A DNA stretch of 64,000 nucleotides from Vicugna vicugna (lineage: Eukaryota), in the NCBI GenBank assembly GCA_013265495.1, contig MU057724.1:124001-188000 (forward strand), in the 5' to 3' direction. The notes beneath the pieces were generated by a model. The model worked only from the letters and a program-made list of their open reading frames with translations. It was not told the DNA's origin and made no database searches. Within the stretch, counting starts at the first letter, position 1, and each line of letters starts with the position of its first letter. Positions 38,448 through 50,539 of this stretch are shown here, piece by piece. The translations under genes and the position numbers were made by a program.

Positions 38448-39189
38448 TTCTGGAGTCACACTAGGAGATAAAAGACTGTAAGATAAAGATTTAAGATTGG
38501 CCTGGAAAAAAGTAGTGCTGGCAATATGTAAATACGTTAGATTTTTACCTAAATGTTAAGGAGATGCTTGTAACAGTGCGGAATGATCCTTGAAGACAGA
38601 GACCAGTCATAACTGACACTAAGGCATCTGGTTCCTGTCTGTACTGTGCACTGCACTGTGAACGCATATATTTGGCTCTGTTGTAAAGATTTCTATTACT
38701 CATTTTCAAGAAACTGAATTGACTAGAACAGGTGTAACCCTTTACCAGAAACCGCATGTATAGGAAGCCCAGGCATAACATTGTGCTGTTACCTAGTGGA
38801 ACATGCTTCAGTGGGACAGAGTAGCTGAAAGATGACAGCCTGCTTCTGAGTGCTAGACTCCAGCCAGCTCAGTAGAGATGGTACTGTCATGGGATAAATC
38901 CAGAGTCAGAGACTGGTAGACAAGTGAAGAACTGGGATGCTGAGGACGAGATAGGATGAGGGCATGCCGACTCTCAGCTAGTTGGGCGGGTTGGATGGGT
39001 GGGTGTGTGGAAGATAAATAACTCGGGAGGGAGAGAGGGAGGAAGACATGACAGAATTGGGATGCTGAGGGAGGGAAGGGATGGGGAACATGTTGACTCT
39101 TACTAGTTGGGTCGGGTTGGGCATATTTGAATTAGTCACAGGAAGTGATTTTTGCTTAGTTTATCCAAGTAATAAGGCAGTTCATTAAT

Positions 39190-39720
39190 AAAGAAAGGAT
39201 TATTTTAAGTTCTTATTTATATCTATTAAATAGTGCATTTTCATTGTGGGAAAAAGACACAGTAATACAAAGAAGAAAATGAAAAATTACCTATATATAA
39301 TCTTTCATGTAGGGATAAATTGCTTAATTTTTTGGTGCAGTTCATTCCAGCACTTTTTCCCTGTGAGAATATTATGTTAATAATATACAGTCCTACCATC
39401 TTGGGGTCTCATAGTTCACATAGGCCTGAGTCTGTTTCTCAAATTCAACAATATAGCAAGAGCTCCACCCACAATGTTATTAAATACATTTTTTTGAATT
39501 AGGATTTTTAGTGCTTTCATTTGTATAGCTGTTGCATGATTTACTTTTCTAATTTCTGTTAGAAGTTAGATTCTTTTGTGTATTTCATTTAATAAATGAG
39601 TGTGACTAATATTTTTATGTGTAAGTGTTTTTGTCCACATCTCTGATCATCTCACTGGTCTGGGGCAATGACTTTGTTGAGTAAAAGTGTATGAACATTT
39701 TTAAGACCTTTAATTACCCA
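39190..39720 (-). mobile_element. Very old L1 (L1ME-like) 3' fragment
   Basis: caaagaagaaaatgaaaaattacctatatataatc...tggtgcagttcattccagcactttt; very diverged. Confidence 0.45.
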
Positions 39721-39924
39721 GTTGTGTACAGAGGTGAATGTACTACCGTGAACCCAGAGAAAACTAAATTTTTCCAAGATACCCTGTGTTGCGTTGGAAA
39801 AATTATTAACCTCTAGAAATTTTAGAAATTGCTAGTATTTTAGGTACTATTTTAAACAAAAGCTAGCGTGTACTCCAAGCATTGTAGTTACGTGTCTCTG
39901 TGTGTGGACTGTATGTTTGAATAT

Positions 39925-40090
39925 AGGTGTCTAATCTCACAGTAACAGCACTCGGTAGGCACCATCTCCCTTACAGACGTGAAGAAGTTATAGCTCAGGA
40001 CACTGAAGTAGTTTGATGGAGACAAAGCATACAGTAGGGAGCAGAGCTTAAATCCCAGCCCGGATAAGCCTGACTTCAGACCCTGCTACT
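39925..40090 (-). mobile_element. MIR SINE fragment
   Basis: taatctcacagtaacagc...ttacagacgtgaagaag...gcagagcttaaatcccag...tgacttcag. Confidence 0.6.
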
Positions 40091-40519
40091 CCTCCTGCTT
40101 GTTCACCCTATTTGCATTTTCTGTTAAGTTTCGGCAGAATTTTTGTTACTGAATAAAAGTATGGGATTTGTGCCTTGAAAATAAAGTTTAAAACCACTGC
40201 CAGAAATGTGGTGGTTCTTTCTTTAAATTGCTGTTTCCAGTGACTTGTTCCTCAAAAAAGGAAGTGGTCAGGTCAGAGACTTACACTTGTCTAGGGAGTT
40301 ACACTTCTGGTTTATAGAGGAAATTCTCGTATTTTATACTATCCCATGAATTCATCTTTAATGTATTTTATGGTCCATTTTGAAACAGAAATAAACTGTT
40401 CCTCCATGTTGGGTTTATTTGGATAAAAAGGAAATTGCAGGAAGCCTACTCTGGGAATTTAGAAATAGCACACACAATTATAAATGTAATATAATTATAT
40501 GTTTTATATACAGATATCA

Positions 40520-41800
40520 ATATATCCCATTACTGTTCTCATTTATAACACGATTGTGTTAAATAGTTCCTCTGCATACATTTAGAACCATGTCAGACGG
40601 TGTTATTCTTGCTTTAACTCCAAATATAATTTCAAAAATTCAACAAGAGTAGGAAACCCCATTGTGTTTACCTGTATCTATTTTTATTTCTTCCTTCGTC
40701 CTTCTCACAGATCTTGAGGTTCTGTTCATTGGGTTTTGATCTGTTTTTCTTTATTGTTTGTATCTGGTGATTTCTGTTCGTTTAGTCCACCTTCTTCAAG
40801 TTCACTGATTCTTTTCTCTGCCCCCTTCATTCTGCTGTTGAATCCAGCCAATGAGTTTTTTATTTCAGTAATTTTATTTCTTTGTTCTATTTTTTCCATT
40901 AAAAAAAAAAAATCTGTGTCTTTGCCCAGACCTGATATTTCTTTGCTGAGACTTCTGTTCTTTCATTTGTCTTAAGTGCTCCTGTAATTGCTCACTAAAG
41001 TGTATTTGTAATGGCTGCTTTTAAATCTTTGTCAGATAATCCTGACATCTGTGTCTTCTCAACATTGTTATCTATTCATTGTTGTTGTTTTTTTTCATTC
41101 AGGAGAGATCTTCCTTGTTTCTCACTACAACAAGAGATTTTAGAGGGCAGCCTGTGCAAGTTGGGTGTTATGAGATGAGATTCTGGATCTTATTTATCTG
41201 AACCAATGTTAGTGGCTTTGTCTGACGCTGCTTTGAGAAGGGAAGTGTAGGGGCTGCGGCTTGCTAGCATCTGGTGGAGGGGATTCGCCTTCTTACTGCT
41301 CCCCGCATGGTGGGAAGGCGGAGGAGGGTGTGGAGTGGCTTTGGTGCTGCTGGGCAGTGGCAAAAGTCCAGGCTTTGCCAGGCCTGCTCCATCTCTACCT
41401 CAGGGGGTGGGGAGTGAAGGAGTTGGGTCCCTCAGTGTGACGGAGTGTGTGAGGCGACAGTCCTAGCACCCAGTCCACCTGCACTCCCACCAGCCCGCCT
41501 GGGCTGCAGAGACTCCTCGTCACCCTGTCAAGGGGGGTGGGATACCTGGGGCCCCCTTGCCCTTTGCTGGCATATGTGGCAGAGGGTCACGGTTTTTGTG
41601 ATGTTTGCTGAGAGTACACCAGTGATATCCTAGAAGTTTTGTGTCTCACTGGGTTCCCCCATCCCTGTCTCTGGTTGGAGACTGAGCTCTCGGGCGTTTT
41701 TGTCTGCACCCATGCTGTTTCCAGGGTGCAAGGAGAAAACCTGGGGAATATGCCACTGTGTGTGGCTTGGGTCCTGGCCGATCAGCTTCCTCCCTCCCCT
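40520..41800 (-). mobile_element. Old LINE-1 (L1MD/L1MC-like) inter-ORF region, ORF1 and 5' UTR fragment
   Basis: Antisense ORF1 text (tcttcaagttcactgattcttttctctg...ttctgctgttgaatccagccaatgagtttttt; aatggctgcttttaaatctttgtcagataat) followed by a GC-rich 5' UTR-like stretch. Right boundary uncertain. Confidence 0.75.
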
Positions 41801-43234
41801 CCCAGCTTCGCCTTCCATTTCGCCCATCAGTTGTGCTAACGGGAGAAGTGGGATGGGAGTCCCTGGTCTTTCTTCATGTTAAGCAACACTACCTGTGTGA
41901 GGAATGAGCATCAGACAGTCTGAGAGGGACCAGGAGGACGTGATCTGTTCTATCTCTCCTTGGACGTGGGACGTTTGAGTGACATGTCCGCTGGACAACG
42001 AGGGGGAGTTGGCGTCGTGTTCTCTGAAAGGCGAGGTCGTGAAGTGTCTGAGGGTCTTCCTAGTCAATAACATTTTCTTTGGTGCCGGGCAGCTCTGTGC
42101 TCACCCTGCACATCCCCCTGTGCCCCCAGCTGGGGCCCTGCTGTTCCTCCGTACCCACTCCTGACTCACGGAGCCAGACACCCCGACGGTGAGAGCGCGG
42201 CAGTCACTGGGGGTGATTGGTTGTATCCACACCAGCGAGTCGTTGCCTTTTGCGTCTGTAACTCGGTGGGAGCCTGAGGCATCCAGCATTGCAAATAAAC
42301 TGTTGTGCTTCTTTCCCTTTTCCAGGCAAAAGCTTATTGTCCCAAATGGAAGCTGCCCTGTTATTCTGAATACCTATTTCTGTCAGAAGGTTGTTGCTAA
42401 AGAAGATTCAAAAACAGCACGTGAAGCACACGGTCGGGACACACCCCTTCCAAAAAGAAGCATCACTTTGGCTCAGACATTTAAATTTAAGAGCCTAACA
42501 AGTAACTCACCTGAAAGCCAGGTAAACTATCATCGACTTACAGGGTTTTTTTGCTTTGTAATAATATTGTGTTTAAAGACTATTATTTTATAGAGGTGTT
42601 CACCTATGGCCCCTCCAAATATTCAGTAAATATATATGTCCTCTTTATTCTAACTCATTAAAATATAAGGTTTCTTTTTTTTCCTGTTTTCGTAATTCCC
42701 TAAGAATTTTTTATTTATTAAAAAAAATCATGTTTTTCTTTTTCATGACATCTGTGTCCCTTGCGGTAAAAGGAGCTGCATAAACTTGAGGTTATACAGT
42801 GGAGATTGCTTTTTGGAATTTTACTGGCCCTGAGCTGTGATCATCTGCCAGGATGAACTTGGGGAACCACTCAGCCTCCCTTGCACGGGCGCGGAGGGCA
42901 CTGCCGGGACTGCTGCAGGCTCTGCGTGCCTGTGACTCCAGTGCACCCGCCTGGGTCCCTGAGTGCCTGGGGCAGCTCTGAAGGGCACCCTGGCCCTGAC
43001 CAGTGGCGTGAGGAAATAAGGAACTCTTCCTCTTTTGTGCGTGTGGATTAAGAGGAAGCTGCTTTGACTATCAGAGGAAAGGTCTGGAGGATTGTATGAG
43101 AAGGAGGGCTCGGTAATCAGTTTCATTAACAGAGGTAGAAACGCTTCAAAGTGCTCCCCTGCCTCAAAATGCAGTTTTAAACAGCCATGTGATACTCAGT
43201 TCACGAGCTATGTCTTTGGCCCCTGTCAGCGACA

Positions 43235-43470
43235 GGGAGGCTGCCATGTAGCTAAATGGTTGAATGTGGACTTTGGAACTGGGCGCCCACTTTCTGCGGG
43301 GGGCCTTGGGCAGGATACTCAGTTCCTCTGTCTCACCGTGCTCATCTGGAGAACAGTGGTAATGATACCGGCCGCCTCCATGGCTGTGAGCATAGACATG
43401 TTGTTGTGTGGGCACAGCACACACAGAAAGTGCTGGGACGTAGCAGCCCAGCACGCAAGGTGCTGTCACC
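43235..43470 (+). mobile_element. MIR SINE
   Basis: tggttgaatgtggactttggaactgg...ccttgggcaggatactcagttcctctgtctc...ctcatctggagaacagtggtaatgatac. Confidence 0.7.
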
Positions 43471-44448
43471 TCACAAAGACACTTCTGGACGGAGCAGTGT
43501 TTCTTAGTCACACGCGCCAGTGGAGTGCTGGCTCGAGACTGTACATGGTGGGCTCTTCACCGTAACCCTGGTCCTTCTTTTATGTTGTTTACTTTGTCCC
43601 ATCGGGATGACGTCCTCATAAAACAAGGTGTTTTAGTAACAGGACTTCCTGTGTATTTTCAAAGACCTGAGATGGTCTGTGCATCTGCTATCCCCTGGGC
43701 TCCCCTGGGCTTGTGCTCGCTGAGCCTCTGCTGCAGACATGAGGTCGCGCTGTGTGCTTCGTATTCTCATCTGTCCCCGGGGCCTGTGCAGTCAGAGAGG
43801 ATAACACGGAAGCGTAATTACTGGGTGTCCCTGGCTAAATGAGTCAGACTGGAATTGTTCCCTTTGCCTGTCTTGCCAGGTAACATGTGGTGGTCTCTTG
43901 GCTGAGGGCACAGGAGAAGCAGAGCAGCACGTCCCCACCCGAGCGCCCCTGAGGGATTCTCTGCTGGATGCGGTCGAGAGCCAAGGAGCTGCCACCTGGT
44001 CAGGTGCTGGGGTCCGAGTCGTGGTGCAGAGAGTTTACTCTCTTCCCTGCAGGTGTCAGCAGGCAGGTGGCGAAGACCCGCCCGGAGCTGGGTGAGTGAC
44101 AGGCTCCAGTGGAGAAATTGGAAGGCTCTTCTCTGGGCAGTTTCTTGGCCACATTTGCCATGTACACAGGTCATTTTTGTTTGGTTGCTTTTTCTCTTGC
44201 ATCAAAATTTGGGACACAGTATATGACAGAGGATTTTGTCCGTTTATTTATTTATATAAAAAAATCCTACTAAAAAGTTTGTCACGTTCACTTTACCTTT
44301 AATGGTTCGTGTTACTGGAAGTAACGGCTGGTGGAGTTCTCAAGAAGCTGAGGCACGGCTGCACTCCTGGAAGACTGCTGCAGTGCTTGTCGTTTTGCGT
44401 CTCAGAGGCCTGAGTACGTACGTGGCCCTGGGAGTGCTGAGTCTGCAT

Positions 44449-44641
44449 CAGCGCTCCTGGCAGGACTTCTGCAGGGACGAGGACGCTGCCTCCTGCCCTG
44501 ACACTGAGGTGGTCGCTGACCACAGAGGAAATACGGCCGGTGGGCCGAGGAACTACGTTTTAAATTTGATTTGACTTGATTTTAATAATTTAATTTTAAG
44601 TAGCCCCCCATGGACAGTGGCTCCCTTGGTGGACAGTGCAG
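44449..44641 (+). mobile_element. MER3-like hAT-Charlie MITE
   Basis: Starts cagcgct and ends ggacagtgcag. The internal gaggaactacgttttaaatttgatttgacttgattttaataatttaattttaagtagcc matches the MER3 AT-rich core. Confidence 0.75.
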
Positions 44642-47600
44642 CTGGATGGCCAGAGAGCAAGAGCCAAACCTCTGGTCCTGGGTACCTTGCTCCAGCAGGT
44701 TGTGGGAGTGGCACCTTTTCTACTCAGATTTAGGCCCTTCCTGATTTTATGTGTTTTCAAATTGCTGTGGACAAATAGCGTTGACTGAGAGTTTATCTGC
44801 GTCAGAGGGTATGAGGTTCTCTTTCTAAGTTAAGTTGCCCTTGAAGCAGTAGGACTGATTATAAGAGACTGGAGGTACCAGTTCATTGGACAGTCCCTTT
44901 TCTGTCTCCCATTAAGAAAACACAGGTTAAGGAAATAATTCACAATCCTCCTCCCGTTTGGTGCCTCTGATGCTGGTCAGGAGGAGGACGGGACACCCCA
45001 CCGTGTTAGTCATGAATCCTCCAGGGAAGAGCAGTTTACTTTAAAGTACTGTGAATTTCACAAGCTCCCCCTCAGGTGTAGAGCTAGAGAATGTTTCGTT
45101 TGGAGTTACAGAAAACGTTTACTTTTATTTTGTTTGGAATGTGTGTGTGTGAGAAACCATTGTATCAGTGTCTAGGTTTTTAACATATCTTGTAGTAGTG
45201 GACCAGTTTTTTGCAGGACTTAAATTTGTGGTCAGTCTAAACAGAATTACCTGGGACTTTAGAGGTTAGACAGGTTTTGTCTTAGGTTCTTTGTGGTCCG
45301 TGACCATGTTAGGCTTCAGAGAAGGGGTCTGGAGTGGGCAGGGCTGCACCAGCGACAGGCTCAGGATGGAGCCGACGAGAGGCTGTCGCCCGGCTCCTGT
45401 TTCACTTGTGAGCAAAGAGAAGAAATTGGAGGGTGATCTGTGGCCACAGTCGCACATGAGTGCTCTGGGTTTGTGCCTTAGAAACCCCAGGCGCGTCGGG
45501 TGAGACTGCTCACAGCAGGCTGGCGGCAGGCTGGGCGCGAATCTCAGAAAAAAGAAAACAGCCTTCAGCTACTCGGACATAACAAGTGCACTTCTTGTTG
45601 CCCATGTGAGGTTGAAAATGGGCTGGAGGACATTCATCCCAGTTCACGGATAAGGACGCTGGGCCTCAAAGAGGTTCTTGCCTGCTGACGTTGTGCAGGT
45701 GGACAAAAGGAAAACTAATGAGATATAGAATCCCCAAATGACAGGGTTGTGGAGAATATTGGGGGCCAAAAGAAAGGGGAGGAAATTGACTTAGAACCAA
45801 GTTGTGTTCAGATTACAGCTGATCTGGGGGTCAAGTCATCCTGGAAAGCCAGCCATGAGGAGCTGAGTGGACTGTGCAGAAAAGTAATTTCTGTGGCCTT
45901 GGGTTTGAGGATAAGGCTTCTAGGATGCCTTTTGGGTACAAAAAGGTCTTATTGTGTAACTGATCAGTAGTTTTGTCTAGATCACTTTGCTATAGTAATT
46001 GTCAGGCTGTCCATTGACAAGTCCTATTCAGACAGAAGTAGCGTCATGCTTAGCTCTCTGCGGCATCTCTGCTGGTGTGTGTGAGGCGTGTCTGTGGAAA
46101 GCACTTGGCGCATGTGTCCTGCCATGGCCCTGCACGTGCAACACAGCAGGGAGGAAGCACCATCAGGGGACTGGGGCGTGTCGCCTGGAATAGCCTTTTC
46201 TACTTGCGTTGCGATTCCTGCCCGTTGGTAGCTTTGGGTGATGGGGCCTGGGGGAGGCTGCCATCCCCTGCGTTACCTGCTTGGCCCCAAAGAACTTTCT
46301 AACCATCAGTGAACTGAAGAGTACTCTGCTTATTGTATGTTTTTCCTCAAGAGCCAGAAGATACCATGTTGGAATAAATGAAGGCTTGTACAAAGAGAAA
46401 GAACTCTGTCTTACGAGACTCTTGCCACAGTGACCCTCTGCTCCTGCCCAGGCCGGGCCTGATGGTTCCTGATGAAGCACCGCAGTTGAGTTTTATGTCT
46501 CACTTGGCACCTTGAGCAAACTGTCTCAGTCTGTTTGATGAGATCAGTAAAGGCTCATCTTCCGACAGCAGACAGCCCAATTTTTGTTAGCTTTGAAGTT
46601 AAAGGAAATTTATTTGAAGCCTGCCTGGCCTGAAAGAGGGTCAGATAGATTCTGTCAAAAAGCTCATGTCGTCTGAGCCATGAAATCCTATCAAAAATAT
46701 ACTTTAGATTTCAGAAATATAATATTTTAGAGTCTCCTGTCCATTGTTCTGGGTGACTTTCTTTAACTCAAGCTATTAAAGAAGACGTTTCTACTTGGTT
46801 TCTTCTTAAGATGTTGTAGGTCAGAGTAACAAACACAAACGTAAGTTTTATAAATCAGCTAAAATCAAAGATAACAAAACACCAATCCGGAAGATGCTCC
46901 CTAAACTTAACCAAGCAAGGCGGTCTGCTCAGAGCCAGAACTCACTTCTATCTGGACCCACTGCTGTTGGGTGAGTATTAAACACCTGTGTGACTAATAA
47001 GACCACAGGCCTTCTTAACCCAAAGGGAGCACTGGTCTTGGGGATAATTTATAGTGGAGGAAAATGAGGCAAAGAAAATTAAGTGGGTCCCTGGTGACTC
47101 TCTCCCCGAAGCAGCAGAGTCTGCACTGAACGGCCTTGCTCCCAGTCCACAGCAGTTGCCTGAAATGCTGCCTTCCTCCCTCCCCTTCTGAAATCTTCAC
47201 TTCCTTTCTTCTGGAGATATTTGACTTTGGTTCAAATGTTTAATTTCCTCCCTCAAGAGATGCACGTTCTTTCTAGCCTGTCATTGCAGAAACATTTGTT
47301 ATGGGAGAGTTAGTCTTTTGTGAGGGCATTGTATTCCTAGAACTTGCTTAGTGGGCATGTGTTTGGACAAAACCTTTCCTTTTTAACTATCTTCTAGTTA
47401 TCTTGCATTTTAGTTTTATGGAAATTCCTTGAGCTGAACTCAGGGAAAAGGCACATTTTCCTTTCTCTGTTACCTTGATGCTTTGTTCTCTCTTTTCATC
47501 TTTTGACCCTTCCTTCAGTCTATAGTCTTATATTTCTTCCTCTTTTCACTCAGGGAAAAAAAAACCCACCGTTGTTCTGGGCCGGGTTCTGGGTCTGCCT

Positions 47601-47699
47601 GGGTGGCGAAGCCAGGCACCGTCCTGTACTTGTGGAGTGCGGTCTGCTGAGGGTGTCCCACACAAAACAGTTAAACACAAGCATATTTGTGATTCGATG

Positions 47700-48325
47700 G
47701 GTGTGAGTTGGGTGGAAAGCGATGAAGGAGAATGTGTGCGGCAGGGGGAGCCTCGAGAAAGGTCCCCGACAGGAGGGAGAAGGCAGTGCCATCAGAGTGC
47801 ATGGGCCAGTCAGGGGCCCAGAGGCAGGGTGGCCATAGCCTCAGAGGCCATGTGCAGGAGCTGCAGTGTTTGCCAAGGAAGCCCACTGACCCCAAGGACA
47901 GTTTACCTGTTAGGCAGACAGCTTTAGCTGTGGGGTGGCAAATGTTGTGAAAAGAGGGTGGAGAGACCCAGGAGAGGCTGCTGCCATGGTCTAGGGCAGT
48001 TCAGCTCCTGAATCTCACGTGGCACCACGGGGAAACAGAATGCCTTTGAGGTGTGCAATGACTTGATAAAGGATGGGGAGGGGAATAAAGTAGAAAGGAA
48101 ATACTGAAAATGGCCCTCAGTGTGATCACTTGGTTGAATGATGGGCCATTTACTGAGATGAAGAAAACTGGTTTGGAGGGAGGCTTGAGAATTCAGTTTG
48201 GGGCATGTTCAGTTTGAGATTCCTATGAAACATCCAAAAAGAGCTGTCAGATGAAAAGTTCGGATATACAAATCTCACATTCAGAGTAGGATTTTAGGGT
48301 GGAGATAACTGGGAGTTTTCAGGTA
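47700..48325 (-). mobile_element. LINE-2 fragment
   Basis: gatgggccatttactgagatgaagaaaactgg...gaattcagtttggggcatgttcagtttgagattcctatgaaacatccaa is characteristic antisense L2. Left boundary approximate. Confidence 0.8.
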
Positions 48326-48944
48326 CAGCTGGCTGGTAGGTATATTTGTACGTGCATTCATTTTGTGGGCTAGCTGATTCGAATAGCTTATATTTGTCCA
48401 TGGTGCTAAGCTCTGGAAACCCTGGAGGGCGTGTAGTGAGAGGCAGATGCCTCCTGCTCCTCCTCCCTATTCCCCTTCAGAGCTGTTCTGTCACAGCTAG
48501 AAACTGTCCAAGCGAGGGCAACGGATGAGACCATGTTAGGGAAATAGCAGACAAAAAGGAAAGAAGGAAAGTAGCATCAAGATCTAAGATCCTGTAGCAT
48601 TGGGAGAGCGAGCAGGAGAGGGGAGAGCGAGCTAGTGACATAGCGGTGCTAGTGGCAGGGGCCCAGGATGGTGGGACTTCGCCATGTGGGAGAGGATGGC
48701 TAAGCATGGTGCCGCAAAGATGCCTAGAAGACGAAGACTGAAACCTTGTGACGTTCCTGGGTGTCTGCACAGGTGGTGCTGGGGCGGAGGTGGGAGTTGG
48801 TTGGCCAGGCTGGAAGAGTGAGTGGGCGGCGGGGAGCGTGGACAGGTTTTGGCAGCACAGCGGAGCTGCAGTGCAGGCATTCTGTCTCTTGCTTCCAACA
48901 CAGGGACCATTTTCCTTTTGAAAATGCATTGAGGTTGAGGCCGG

Positions 48945-49165
48945 CAGTCATGGAAACAGCAAAAGGCCTGGAATCAGACTAGTCTTAGTTCAACTGCTGA
49001 TTCCACCACTTCGCAGGAAGACTTGGGGCAAATTATGTTCCCTTATTTGTGAAATTGGAATTACACTACCTTCTGTAATCAGGTTCATGATGAGGATTAA
49101 ATGAGATCACGTATGTAAAACATTTACCTTGATGCTGCCCGTATACCAGTAGCACTCGACAGAGG
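48945..49165 (+). mobile_element. MIR SINE (near full length)
   Basis: ggcctggaatcagac...ccaccact...gacttggggcaaattat...gaggattaaatgagatcacgtatgtaaaacattta. Confidence 0.85.
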
Positions 49166-50539
49166 GCAGCTCACGTGCTCTTTAAACGCAAGCGCGAATA
49201 TTTCAGAATTGTGAGATACTGATAAGCAACATTGTACAGTAATAGAAACCTAAAATAAGTGAAGACAAGACATCAGATTATGAGTCAGCATGTGTGTGAG
49301 CTTGGGGTCTGCTGTCTGGCTGTGGGGAAGCTTGACTGCAGTGGTCTTCAAGCTTTGGCCAACCTCACCCCACTTGTCAGCAAATTGATGCTCATTTGCT
49401 TTAGGAAACAAGCATTTCTGTACATTCATATGTGAACTGTGACCACTGGGCTGTAGAAGTTTGTCTGTAAGAAACACATTTCAAACCGCGGCCCCAGTGC
49501 TGCATCCAGTATTGGATGGTGCTGATAACTACAGCTGGTCTAGTTTGTGTTTATCAGAGCAGTTAAATACATCCCAGACTTCTGACGGTGTAAATGAAGA
49601 ATGAGGAACTAGCAGGTAGTGGGTGGGATGATTAGAGGCCTTGGTGTGTGTTTGGACAGGGGAGAACGACTCCTGTCTCCAGCCCGCTGGGTCCCTGAAA
49701 AGAAGGTCCTCAGCTGTGTGCTCACCAGCCACCACTCCACCTCTTATGAACTTTTCTCTTTCTTCCTGTTACCTGGTTGGTTGAGGTGCTGGACTCAGGT
49801 CTCTTTTTCCATGTTTCAAGATGGAGTGGCAGGCGTCTTCCTGCTGGACGGTGAGGCATATGTGTCAGTGGTGAGAGCTTGGAGGGTGACTGAGCCCTTG
49901 CTCCTCCTTTCTGTCCACCACACCCTACCAGTCTGGGCAGTGATTGCATCCATTGACCTACTTAGCATCACATTTTCATACGATTCTTCTTGTTATTTGT
50001 TCTTTATTTCTGAGTGAGTTTCTCTTCTTCATGTTGTAGAAAAGTTGGAATCACTTTTCTTAAGTGTTTGAGAATTTTCATCGTGTTGCAAAGATATTAT
50101 AAGAGCAGGACATCATTTTTCTAACGTCCTCATAAATGATGTCATAGTCCATTTCTTCCTTAGGTTTTTCTTACCTGTGCTCGCTCAGTAAATTCCCTCT
50201 TAATCATTAGCTCTGCATTTGTGAGTCTTAAATAAACCCTTTAATCTTAGTTTCCTGGCTCGTAACTTTTGCTTTTTTCCTCTCTAAAACTCTTGGTGGT
50301 CCTTCCCTCTATTCTTCTCAGTTCTGCCTATTACTGGTAGTTCTTCTAATTAACATCCAGATAGTTGGTATTCTTTGCCATTCCTCCGGTTCCCATTGTG
50401 AATCACTGTGAAGAGTGAAACAGTATCAAGCGCATGGATCACAGGTCTGGTCCTTGCTGCTCTTCAGCGCGCACACGAAGAGATGCAGGTGTGGGCCTCG
50501 ACTGAAAAGAAGCTGAGGGGGTCTGTCTTATTTCTGCCC

